This document shows, piece after piece, positions 9,070-17,472 of a stretch of 64,000 nt of DNA. A program made the translations under genes and the position numbers. Under the pieces are notes generated by a model. The model ran no database searches, was not told the DNA's origin, and saw only the letters and a program-made list of their open reading frames with translations. The DNA comes from a virus. Positions within the stretch are counted from its first letter, which is position 1; every line of letters starts with the position of its first letter. The stretch lies in IMG/VR virus record IMGVR_UViG_3300035695_000001, positions 32,001 through 96,000 of that record. The stretch is one strand, 5' to 3'.

Positions 9070-9932
9070 GACGCGGTCTCCTGGGCGGGCGCCCGGTTCA
9101 CGAGCCATAGGTCACCCGAGCGCATCCAGCCCTCGCTCATCCAGAACCTGCCCCCGTCGGCGAAGCCCTGGCCCCAGGAGTTCCTGACCCGGTACCAGCG
9201 CTGTGCGGTCCCGTTCACGGTGACGACCCGCCGGCCGACCACCACCATGGCGTGCCCGCCAGAAGCCTTCGCGGGGAGGTCCACCGGCTGGCTCGGGTCG
9301 AACTGGCCGGCGCAGAAGGCGTCGTCCACGTCGACGCCGATGCAGACGGGGTGCCCGGCCGCCAGCGCCGCGTCCACGTTGTCGCCGAGGTCCCCGGCCA
9401 CGTCGTCGATCACCTGGGCTTCCAGCTCGCCGTCCGTCGAGCGCCGGTCGTACGCCTCGCGCACCACCTCGGCGGGAGGCTCGCTCCGGAACTGGTCGGT
9501 GGGCAGCCCGTCCCCGTCCGGTGCGCCGCTCTTGGACTGGTAGGGCCACGCCGCCTCGGGCGGGATCCCGACCTTGGCCGCCATCGTGAAGATGGACCGG
9601 AACGTGGTCCCCGCGTCTCGGTCGAGCGTGCCGTCCACCGCCCTGCCACAGCGGTACAGCCACTGGCGGCTCCCCATCACGGCGTTGGGGTTGCCCCGCA
9701 GCGCCTCGATGATGTCGGCCTCGGCGGCAGAATGGCCCCCGCAGGATCCCTCCGCCTCCTGGTTCAGGATCGGCACGCTGGCGTCGGTGGCGATGAGGAT
9801 GTCGCCGGGGAGGTTGACGCCTGGACTGGCGGTGAAGGAGCGGAAGCCGCGCCCCGCTGCCCGCAGCGGGTCCCTGAAGAACCCGAGCAGGATCGGCTTG
9901 CCGAGGTGGCCATGGACGAGCGGGGGGCTCAC
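9066..9932 (-). CDS. papain-like C1 cysteine peptidase
   Basis: NQ...GSC (oxyanion Q, catalytic C), GGHAMVVVG (H), VRNSWG (N). Confidence 0.9.
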   Translation of the reverse strand: MSPPLVHGHLGKPILLGFFRDPLRAAGRGFRSFTASPGVNLPGDILIATDASVPILNQEAEGSCGGHSAAEADIIEALRGNPNAVMGSRQWLYRCGRAVDGTLDRDAGTTFRSIFTMAAKVGIPPEAAWPYQSKSGAPDGDGLPTDQFRSEPPAEVVREAYDRRSTDGELEAQVIDDVAGDLGDNVDAALAAGHPVCIGVDVDDAFCAGQFDPSQPVDLPAKASGGHAMVVVGRRVVTVNGTAQRWYRVRNSWGQGFADGGRFWMSEGWMRSGDLWLVNRAPAQETAS

Positions 9933-10474
9933 TTGCGGGCCGCCCGGACCGCCAGTGGGGTCGGGACGACCAGCCGCGGGGCCTGGGTCGCCATCAGCGC
10001 GCCGCTCCCCCCGTCGGCCGGCGTCGAGGCGGTCGGCTGGGCGGACACGATCCCGAGCGGGCCGAGCAGCGCCATCATCTCGGAGTACGCCTGCGCGAAG
10101 GAGGCGAACGCCGCCGCCATCTGGCCCTGCGTCGCGTGCTCCACCCCGGCCAGGCCCTGCTCCCCGAGCACGAGCGCCCCCTGGGCCTTGGCGATGGCCG
10201 CCTCGATCTCCGCCTGCTTGGTCGGGTTCGGCGAGGCTCGGAAGTAGGAGGCTACCCCCTGCGAGATCATGCCCAGGATGGCGACCGCGTCGCTCACCAC
10301 CTCGGAGACCGTGGGCAGGGCGGCGACGAGGGCCGCGCACCCAGTCGAAGAGACGAACGCGATGGGCGCGACGAAGAACGGGGCCGCGACGATCGTTCCC
10401 ACGCCGCAGCAACGTAGGACGCGGCGGGCAAGCATCTGCTCCAGGTGCTTCCAGACGGACAGGGGGCGACGCAT
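9929..10474 (-). CDS. putative lipoprotein, helical Ala-rich
   Basis: Hydrophobic leader ending STGC; start may be downstream (MLARR). Confidence 0.65.
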   Translation of the reverse strand: MRRPLSVWKHLEQMLARRVLRCCGVGTIVAAPFFVAPIAFVSSTGCAALVAALPTVSEVVSDAVAILGMISQGVASYFRASPNPTKQAEIEAAIAKAQGALVLGEQGLAGVEHATQGQMAAAFASFAQAYSEMMALLGPLGIVSAQPTASTPADGGSGALMATQAPRLVVPTPLAVRAARK

Positions 10475-10578
10475 CAGAGAACCTCTCTGGCCTGCGAGCG
10501 ACCCGACGCCTTACCCGTGGAGAAGCCTACCCCGTGCTTGGGGCGGTGTGCAAGGTGTGGCTTGGGGGGAGGAGGAGA

Positions 10579-10601
10579 GGCCGGGCCAGTAGAGCCCGGC
10601 C
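10579..10601 (-). terminator. GC hairpin downstream of the 844-aa gene
   Basis: GGCCGGGC-N7-GCCCGGCC; no clear U tract. Confidence 0.35.
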
Positions 10602-10610
10602 GGGGGCTGG

Positions 10611-13145
10611 TCAGGCGGGCTTGTAGAGGTCGTTGAGGAGGGCCATGTAGGCTTGGTAGCGCTTGTCCGCCATCTGCCTCGATGCCACGGTTGGCCACTC
10701 GCCTCCGTAGTCGACGCTGGCCTTCTCCAGCGGCTTGAGGAGCGCCCACGCTTCGGCCAGTGCCTTGCCTCGGGCCTCCCCCATCTCTTGCGGAGCGTCC
10801 GGATTGGCGGCCAGGAACGCCGGCATGCGCCTGGCGATGTCCCGGCCAGGCATTCCGCTGGCCTTGTACTCGGCCTGCCATGTCGGGTCGTTCTGGATCC
10901 CACCGACAGGTTTGAACTCCCACACGACTTCGTGCCCCTTGGGCGCTGGCAGCGATGCCGTCTCCCGGTCGTCCGTCGCCTCGATGACTCGATCGCCTTC
11001 GGTCCACGCGACGACGGCGCTCACCATGGGCTTCTCGGTCTCCCACGTCACTGATGCCACGATGCCGCCGGTCGGATCCCCGTGCTTGGCGTGCCACCGG
11101 GAGACCCTCGCAGACGTCTTGCCCAGGATGGGGTGGACGAAGTCGCCCAACTTGCCGTCCATGATCTCGGCCTTGAACGACTCCCAGTAATCGGGGAACC
11201 AGCGGGCGAACCCCTTGGGCGGGATCGCGACGTGCGAGTTGAGGAAGGCGCACTCCACAGTCCAGGAAGCGCACTTCCCTGGCTGCACGGTCGTGTCGAC
11301 GATGGTGCCGAGGAGCGGCTTCCCGCGCCAGGACATCGCAGGCACCGCCTCACGGACCTGGCGCTCCTGCTCCAGGCGGGCGCCGGTGACGGCGGCATCC
11401 TCCTCGTCCGAGAACCGGGCCGGGTCCCCCTCAAACATGGCAGAGAGGCCGGTGATCTTGCCGTCCTCCGAGACGACCAGAGGTCCCGTCACGAGGTGGC
11501 ATTTCCCCTCGCACGAGGCACCGTTGCTGAGTTTCACGATGCGGTAGTCGAGCATCTCGGCGTTGAGGAACGCCTGGTCCAACGAAAAGCCGTGGCCGTC
11601 GATGGGGGCGATGTCGACGTGTTCCTTGACCTCGATCCTGCGCACGGTCGCGCCTCCTGGCGTGGTCCTGGCGAGGCAGGTGGACAGGTGAACGTTGTTC
11701 ACGCGGAGACCACCACCACCTTGGGCGGGCGAGAACAGTTCCAGGAAGAAGCGCTCGCTGAGGTTGGCGCTCGGAAACTTGGGTTCATCGGCCTGCGCCT
11801 TGGCAGCGGTTGCGAGGATGGTGTCCTCGGCCGGCGCAGAGACCGGGACGGCGATGGGCTCTGGTCGCTGGGCATGGCCCTCGACGAGTTGTGGCACGTA
11901 GGCCCGCACCTGCGCGCTGAACTCCCAAGGCATGGTGATGTTCCCGCCAGGCTTGACCTCGACGTCGATCCACGGTCGGCGGTCCGGCGCCCTGAAGAGC
12001 CTGAAGGTCACCGTGGTGTCGGTCGGATTGTGCCAGGTGCTCAGCCCACTCCGATAGAGGAGCGGGCTGGAAGGCGGCTCGGACCGGCATGGTACGACGG
12101 GCGCCGGGACGGTCTCGAAGGTCCTCGGGCACAGATGCGTGAGCGCGAGCGGGCCGCCGACGATGTCTCGGAGGATGACGTGCTGGCTCGGGTCGCGGAC
12201 CCGCATGGCGAACGTGACGTGGATGGTCACGCGGAACTGGCCGGAGACGACCCACGATTCCGGGTCCCTGTCGCCGATGCGCTGCGGCACGCCGTCGAAG
12301 ACTGCCACGCTGCACACGATCGAGCCGGACGGCGCGCTGACGCTGTACGGCTGGACGATCTCGACGCCAGCCGGGTTGATGATGGCGACGACGTCGTCGG
12401 GGCAGGACGTAGACGTAGCGCACTGGTAGCCACCGGAACGGTCTTCGACGTCGGTTCCATCGGCGAATGCCGACGCGGGCAACCCCTTGCCGATCTGGTA
12501 GCGCTCCGCGGTCCCCTTGCTGGCGACGATGAGGTAAGGGCGGCCCACGGTCCTGGCGACCGACGTCTGGTCCTTTGCAGCCTCGACGAGACCCGCCGTG
12601 AGCGCACGCCGCTGGCCGCCGTTCCCCATCGCGGTCCCGGCCCATTCACGGTAGGTGCTCCGACTGATCCCGGCGTAGGCACCGCCAGGCTCGATGGCAC
12701 CGCCGAACAGGCCGACCGCCGTCACGTTGCCTTTGTCGTCGACCCCGTACCCAGTGAGCACCTGGGCTTCGATCTTCTCGGCCATCGCCCTGAGCGCCGC
12801 CGTGACAGTTTCGCGGAAGATGGCCTCCATGACGGCGGGCGCATAGCCAGAAGCCTTTGCCTTCAGCGCGTCGGGAACAGAGACCGTAATGGGCTCGCTG
12901 CGAACCTGCGCGAAGCAGAGGGCCGCAGGGACGGTGGGGTTGAAGGCGTACGCCGAGGACCAGGACATGGTCGGGAAGACGACGTCCCAGTGGCAGTTCT
13001 TCCCAGACTCTTGGACGATGGGAAGCGCGGCGAGCAGGCTGTCGCTTCCGAGCAGGTGGCCGCTCAGGCTCCACTTGAAGGAGTCTGACAGGGCCGAGGC
13101 GAGCGCGATGGCGTCGTCGGTCGTAATCTCGTTCGTGGTATCCAT
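10611..13145 (-). CDS. multidomain chimera of structural-protein paralogues (MCP + post-MCP protein + tail tube + DNA-circularisation N-domain)
   Basis: Shared motifs with genes in this window: YAGISRSTY.W.G (MCP), W.N.TD.TV.F.LF (41597 gene), AQGGGG.R.NNV...FEGDPA (tube), VEC.FLN...G.ARWFP.YWE.FK...VHP.LG (28121 gene). Confidence 0.9.
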   Translation of the reverse strand: MDTTNEITTDDAIALASALSDSFKWSLSGHLLGSDSLLAALPIVQESGKNCHWDVVFPTMSWSSAYAFNPTVPAALCFAQVRSEPITVSVPDALKAKASGYAPAVMEAIFRETVTAALRAMAEKIEAQVLTGYGVDDKGNVTAVGLFGGAIEPGGAYAGISRSTYREWAGTAMGNGGQRRALTAGLVEAAKDQTSVARTVGRPYLIVASKGTAERYQIGKGLPASAFADGTDVEDRSGGYQCATSTSCPDDVVAIINPAGVEIVQPYSVSAPSGSIVCSVAVFDGVPQRIGDRDPESWVVSGQFRVTIHVTFAMRVRDPSQHVILRDIVGGPLALTHLCPRTFETVPAPVVPCRSEPPSSPLLYRSGLSTWHNPTDTTVTFRLFRAPDRRPWIDVEVKPGGNITMPWEFSAQVRAYVPQLVEGHAQRPEPIAVPVSAPAEDTILATAAKAQADEPKFPSANLSERFFLELFSPAQGGGGLRVNNVHLSTCLARTTPGGATVRRIEVKEHVDIAPIDGHGFSLDQAFLNAEMLDYRIVKLSNGASCEGKCHLVTGPLVVSEDGKITGLSAMFEGDPARFSDEEDAAVTGARLEQERQVREAVPAMSWRGKPLLGTIVDTTVQPGKCASWTVECAFLNSHVAIPPKGFARWFPDYWESFKAEIMDGKLGDFVHPILGKTSARVSRWHAKHGDPTGGIVASVTWETEKPMVSAVVAWTEGDRVIEATDDRETASLPAPKGHEVVWEFKPVGGIQNDPTWQAEYKASGMPGRDIARRMPAFLAANPDAPQEMGEARGKALAEAWALLKPLEKASVDYGGEWPTVASRQMADKRYQAYMALLNDLYKPA

Positions 13146-13242
13146 CTCGTAGGGCCCTCACACGGCCCGCGGGCTCGGTTGTGGCGGGGGTTCGTCCCCG
13201 CCGGCACCGGGCCTGCTCTTCTTCTACGCCTAGGTCGGAGGA

Positions 13243-13279
13243 ACTGTCTAGCAGTGCCGCCCGGGTCGTGCTAGACACT
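13243..13279. promoter_or_regulatory. ACTGTCTAGCA-N15-TGCTAGACACT element in divergent intergenic region
   Basis: Inverted motif between the 844-aa gene and the HicB-like gene. Confidence 0.75.
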
Positions 13280-13324
13280 GGTTCGGAGGACGGATGGCGC
13301 TGCTACAGCGCTCGGAGGTAAGCC

Positions 13325-13708
13325 ATGGCAGAAGACGACCCCATCGTGGACCCGTACGACGCGCCGCCGGACAGCGAGCCGGTGACGGAAGAAGACCTCG
13401 CGCGCATTGCTGGAACTAGGTTGGCGATCGAGCGCGGCGAGACCATCTCGACCGAGGAATTGCAACGTCGACTGGATGCTGAGTTCCACGTCCGCTTGAC
13501 GGTCAAGTTCGACCGAGAGGAAGACGGGCGCTGGATCGGCGACGTGCCTGAGTTCCATGGTTGCCACGTCTACGGTGCCAACAGAAACGAGGCGCGCGTC
13601 AAGGTCAAGGCGCTGGCCCTCCGCGTCCTCGCCGACCGCATGGAGCACGGGGAGGCCGCGGCCCCAGAAACGATCACGTTCACGACCGAAGGGAACGACG
13701 AGGAATGA
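13325..13708 (+). CDS. HicB-like antitoxin (orphan) with N-terminal addiction-module-like helix
   Basis: DREEDGRWIGDVPEFHGCHVYGANRNEA...ALRVLADRMEHGE matches the HicB N-domain pattern; no adjacent HicA. Confidence 0.75.
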   Translation: MAEDDPIVDPYDAPPDSEPVTEEDLARIAGTRLAIERGETISTEELQRRLDAEFHVRLTVKFDREEDGRWIGDVPEFHGCHVYGANRNEARVKVKALALRVLADRMEHGEAAAPETITFTTEGNDEE

Positions 13709-14763
13709 GCAAGCAGGACAAGGTGGTCGGCCACGGGCTGACGATCACGATCGAGACGATCCCGTGGAAGGAGTGCGGGAGGCTCCTGGAGGAGCACAAC
13801 GGCCGCAACCGGCCCCTGAGCATGACGATGGTCCAGCGCTACTCGCGGGACATGACCGCCAAGCGCTGGCCCCTCTTCCACCAGGGTGTCGCCTTCGACC
13901 ACGCCGGCAACCTGATCGACGGGCAGCACCGACTCGCAGCGGCCTACGCGGCGAAGGTCGACCTGCTCGTGGTGGTCTGTCGGTACACCGACGCCAAGGC
14001 CGGCGAAACGGCGATGATGCTGTGCGACACGGGCAAGTCCCGTTCGGTCGCGGACACCCTCGCCATCGGCGGCGTGATGAAGAAGGAACTGGCGCGGCAG
14101 GCAGCGCCGGTCGCCGGGCACGTCGCCTATCTGCTCAACATGGAGGCCGCCGCGAAGATGACCCGGCAGGAGATCGGCGACGTCTACCTCGCCAACCGTG
14201 AGGCGATCGACTGGGCCGTCACCACGCTCACCGAGAAGCGCTTCTCCGCTCCGCTCCGGGCATGCTTCGCCATCGCCTGGCTCACGGATGCAGCGAAGAC
14301 AGCCGAGTTCACCGCCCAGGTTCGGGAAGGCATCGGTGGCCCAGGCGCGGCGTCGTCCCTCTGGAACCGAGCGATGGCCGACGGGCAGTTGACCGGGATC
14401 CACAGCCTCGGGGAGACGCATCACGCGATGAACCGGGCCCTCCGGGTGCTCAAGGTCCACCTGAACGGCGAGGTGGCACCTCCCAAGTTGCACACCTCGG
14501 AGGAGGGGCTCAACTGGTTCCGAGCCCGCCTCAAGGTCGGTGCTCCTGTCCCCGACTCGGCGTCGGTCGCCATCGGGAAACTGCTCAACCAGGGCGGCAC
14601 GTTCAAGGTAGCCGACATCGCCAGGACGCTCGACATGACCCCGGCCTACGTCAGCACGGTGGCCAGCGAGATGGCTTCGTCCGGGCAGATCCGCAAGGTC
14701 GGCAAGGGCGTCTTCGCGACCATCGTCCAGCCGGACCCCTCGCCGGAACACGACTCGCCGTGA
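13705..14763 (+). CDS. ParB/Srx-like DGQHR-domain protein with C-terminal wHTH
   Basis: NR.L....V..Y..DM....W, LIDGQHRLAA, DTGK.RS; C-terminal IARTLDMTPAYVS...GQIRKVGKGVF. Confidence 0.8.
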   Translation: MSKQDKVVGHGLTITIETIPWKECGRLLEEHNGRNRPLSMTMVQRYSRDMTAKRWPLFHQGVAFDHAGNLIDGQHRLAAAYAAKVDLLVVVCRYTDAKAGETAMMLCDTGKSRSVADTLAIGGVMKKELARQAAPVAGHVAYLLNMEAAAKMTRQEIGDVYLANREAIDWAVTTLTEKRFSAPLRACFAIAWLTDAAKTAEFTAQVREGIGGPGAASSLWNRAMADGQLTGIHSLGETHHAMNRALRVLKVHLNGEVAPPKLHTSEEGLNWFRARLKVGAPVPDSASVAIGKLLNQGGTFKVADIARTLDMTPAYVSTVASEMASSGQIRKVGKGVFATIVQPDPSPEHDSP

Positions 14764-14829
14764 CGGCCTACTTGACGGCGCTGGCCTTCCGGATCGCGGC
14801 GTGCAGTTCCCGAGCCCTCACCCTGCCCA

Positions 14830-14854
14830 TCTAGCAGGCGCGGCCGTGCTACAC
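14830..14854 (+). promoter_or_regulatory. degenerate TCTAGCA...TGCTACAC element
   Basis: Motif variant ending 7 nt before the 14862 ATG, no RBS. Confidence 0.5.
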
Positions 14855-14861
14855 GGGCCCC

Positions 14862-15455
14862 ATGGACCTGACCACCTTGGCGGCTGCCGCCCTGACCACC
14901 ATCCATGCCCTCTCGCCCGTCTCCGCCCCGCACGAGCGGCTCCCCGGCTGGGACGAGACCCAGGACCAACGTAGCACCCGGTACGCATCGATCGCTCAAG
15001 ACGTCGCCGGGGCAGCGGTCGACGCCTGCCTGACCAGCCCGAACCAGGACACCTGCCAGCGCTGGTCCGTCTCCGCCCTCTTGGGTGTGGCGAACCACGA
15101 GAGCGGATTCCAGCCCGACGTGGACATCGGGCCATGCTACCGGGGCAAGGACGGCAAGAGCCCCAGGTGCGACGGGGGCCGATCCGTCTCCATGTGGCAG
15201 ATCCTGACGGGCGGCGAGGAGCGAGAGGTCTTCGCTCACGATCGGAAGGCTGCGGCCCGCCGTGCCCTCCGGTCCATCTCGCGGAGCATGGGCGCGTGCC
15301 GCAAGGCTCCCAACGAGGAGCGTCTCAGCGCCTACGCTGGTGGGCGGTGCGACAACCACATGGGGCAGCGGCGCGCCCGTGAACTCTGGCACGACATCCT
15401 GCGGGCCCAGCGCTCACTCGACCAGGCCATCGCTCGGGCTGGTGAAGTCGGGTAG
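14862..15455 (+). CDS. lytic transglycosylase/lysozyme-like protein
   Basis: Signal-like N-terminus, HESGF catalytic-Glu motif, DGGRSVSMWQI, AYAGG. Confidence 0.6.
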   Translation: MDLTTLAAAALTTIHALSPVSAPHERLPGWDETQDQRSTRYASIAQDVAGAAVDACLTSPNQDTCQRWSVSALLGVANHESGFQPDVDIGPCYRGKDGKSPRCDGGRSVSMWQILTGGEEREVFAHDRKAAARRALRSISRSMGACRKAPNEERLSAYAGGRCDNHMGQRRARELWHDILRAQRSLDQAIARAGEVG

Positions 15456-15481
15456 CCTCCGCACAGAAAGCGAGGCCCATC

Positions 15482-15769
15482 ATGGGTACGTGGAAGATCG
15501 AGATCACGGGCACGGGCATCCACCACAACGGCAAGCCGGAGGACGCGGACGTGCTCGCCCGCAAGTTGGTCGCCGACCTGCAAGCCGCGGGGAGCACCGT
15601 GCGCGAGGCGAGCTTCTCGCTGACCTACACCAGCACGGTGGGCGACAAGACCGTGGAGATGCCGGCCGCCCCCGGATGCGAAGGCTGGACCGACCTGCTC
15701 ATCGACCCGCCGGCCAAGGACATCACCGTTTCCGCTGAGCCTGGATCTGGCCCCCCCCCGCCGAAGTGA
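15482..15769 (+). CDS. hypothetical protein
   Basis: GAGG RBS, coding-like codon usage. Confidence 0.7.
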   Translation: MGTWKIEITGTGIHHNGKPEDADVLARKLVADLQAAGSTVREASFSLTYTSTVGDKTVEMPAAPGCEGWTDLLIDPPAKDITVSAEPGSGPPPPK

Positions 15770-16338
15770 CTCTCGCGGACCAGATCCTGGTCGGGCTCGC
15801 GCTGGGGACAGCCCCCTTCGCTGTCCTCCGCCGGGGTCTCGTCCCAGTCGCCCTGACCCTAGCCGCCATGGCCGGCACCGCTGTCGTGCTGGCCCTCTCC
15901 CCCCCGCCCTTCCTCGCTCGGGTCCTCTTCACCGCCTGGCCTGCCCCCATGGCTGCCCTGGCGGTCCACGCCTTCGGGGCCAAGTCCAAGGCCCTGCCGG
16001 TCCTCGCAGGCTTCCTGTACGCCGGTCTCCTGGCAGCCCTGCTCCGGGAGGTGCCCGACGTCGCTGCCATGCCAGAGGCGAACCGAGCGGCCCTCTACCT
16101 GCTCATCTACCGCGCCAGCCGGCTAACAGGGCTCGCGGTAGTTAGCCAGGTCTTGCGTCGCCCCAGGACCCTCCCCCAGGCTGCCGCCGTGGTCCTGGCC
16201 CTCTCCGCGGCTTGGGACGTCGTGATCTGGTTCACCAGTGCCCCGTGGCGTTCTTGGTCCGCCCCCAACGTGCTTGCGGGCGTGACGTGGGCCGTCCTTT
16301 CGGCGATGATCCTCGGATGGAGGAAGCGGCAGAAATGA
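15766..16338 (+). CDS. polytopic membrane protein
   Basis: Several hydrophobic helices; GTGA overlap. Confidence 0.7.
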   Translation: MTLADQILVGLALGTAPFAVLRRGLVPVALTLAAMAGTAVVLALSPPPFLARVLFTAWPAPMAALAVHAFGAKSKALPVLAGFLYAGLLAALLREVPDVAAMPEANRAALYLLIYRASRLTGLAVVSQVLRRPRTLPQAAAVVLALSAAWDVVIWFTSAPWRSWSAPNVLAGVTWAVLSAMILGWRKRQK

Positions 16339-16568
16339 TAGGGCCAGCGATGGGGTTCTTGGTGACGGTCGCGGTGCTCCTGCTCCTGCTCCAGGGCGCA
16401 ACGCTCGCGTACATGCGCGGGATCTTCATCCGCCTCGCCCCGCCAGAGCCCACGCCGAAGCCCGTTGGGCTCGCGCCGCAGTTTACCGCGCCGAGGGAGA
16501 GCAGCGATCCGCCTGCCCCGGCCCCTTCGCGTCCTGGGCGTCTCCCTCCGCCGCCTCGCGCTCGGTGA
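16335..16568 (+). CDS. single-pass membrane protein with Pro-rich tail
   Basis: ATGA overlap; N-terminal transmembrane helix. Confidence 0.55.
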   Translation: MIGPAMGFLVTVAVLLLLLQGATLAYMRGIFIRLAPPEPTPKPVGLAPQFTAPRESSDPPAPAPSRPGRLPPPPRAR

Positions 16569-16710
16569 CCACCGGGGGGATCTCCGGCTCGTCCACGTCG
16601 TCCTCTGGTCGACCTCGTAGCGCAGCGTTCAGCTTGCGGAGCAGGCGCAGCGTGGTGCTCGGGGTCCCGTCGAGGCGCAGGGTCGCATCGGCGACGGCTT
16701 GCATGGTCAC
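16483..16710 (-). CDS. small hypothetical protein
   Basis: GTGA overlap with 16707 gene, GGAG RBS; convergent overlap with 16335 gene. Confidence 0.4.
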   Translation of the reverse strand: MTMQAVADATLRLDGTPSTTLRLLRKLNAALRGRPEDDVDEPEIPPVVTEREAAEGDAQDAKGPGQADRCSPSAR

Positions 16711-17174
16711 TTCGATCTCTCCTGGAGGGCCTTGAGTCCCTCCTGCAAGAAGCGCAGCGTCGTCAACGCTTCGACGACCTGTAGTTGGATCCCCAGCCAA
16801 GCCTTGCGGTCCGCGTCCTTCGCCTCGCGGTCCCTCCCCTGCTCCCGCTCCAGGGCCGCGGCGCGTTCTGTGACCACGTTGAGGTCGTGCTCGACCTTCC
16901 GCATGGCGGTTTCGAGTTGCTCCACCGCGCCGATCGACGGGAAACTCCCGGTGATCTGGCGGCTCTCCGACCGCAAGGCTGCGAACTGCTCCCGCGCCGC
17001 CTTGATCTCGCCCTGGACGAAGGCTTCGAGGGCGGCCTGGCGGTCGTTCGCCGCCTTCTCGATCGCCGCCTTCTCCTTCGGGCGCTGGACGACCGCGGTG
17101 ACGATCTGGACGACCCCACCGATGGCAGCAACCCCCAACGCGATCCAGCCGGGAGCCGTCGATGGGTCTGCCAT
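16707..17174 (-). CDS. membrane-anchored coiled-coil protein (holin/spanin-like?)
   Basis: N-terminal TM (WIALGVAAIGGVVQIVTAVV) followed by coiled coil. Confidence 0.6.
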   Translation of the reverse strand: MADPSTAPGWIALGVAAIGGVVQIVTAVVQRPKEKAAIEKAANDRQAALEAFVQGEIKAAREQFAALRSESRQITGSFPSIGAVEQLETAMRKVEHDLNVVTERAAALEREQGRDREAKDADRKAWLGIQLQVVEALTTLRFLQEGLKALQERSK

Positions 17175-17472
17175 AGGCAGAAGGTAGCCCGAAATACGGC
17201 ATCCTGGCCAGCAAGGACAAAAAGACGAAGGGCCCGGACACCCTTTCGGCTGGCCGAGCCCTACTCCGGCAGCTCCCTCTCCCGCGGCTTCGCCGAGCCC
17301 CTCCCCGCGGTACTTCTCCGCGCTTCATCGGGTCCGGCACGTTCCGGTGGGGAACGGTGAGGTTTCTTGCTGCCAGCCCCTGGAACGCTTTCATGGGCTG
17401 GGTACGGGCGACGTCCGTCAGCAACGTTCCCAGCGTCACCGTGAAGCCAGCCGAGTAGGCGTCCTGACCCAC

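Noticed and set aside
11082-13088. 668-aa plus-strand ORF opposite the chimera
   Set aside because: Antisense shadow; the minus frame carries all recognisable motifs
10611-13145. Chimera as a DGR target, assembly artefact or second prophage remnant
   Set aside because: No reverse transcriptase or adenine-specific variation seen; the copies are too diverged in DNA to be misjoined reads; a decayed prophage would be unlikely to leave four domains fused in one open 844-codon frame (not formally excluded without reads)
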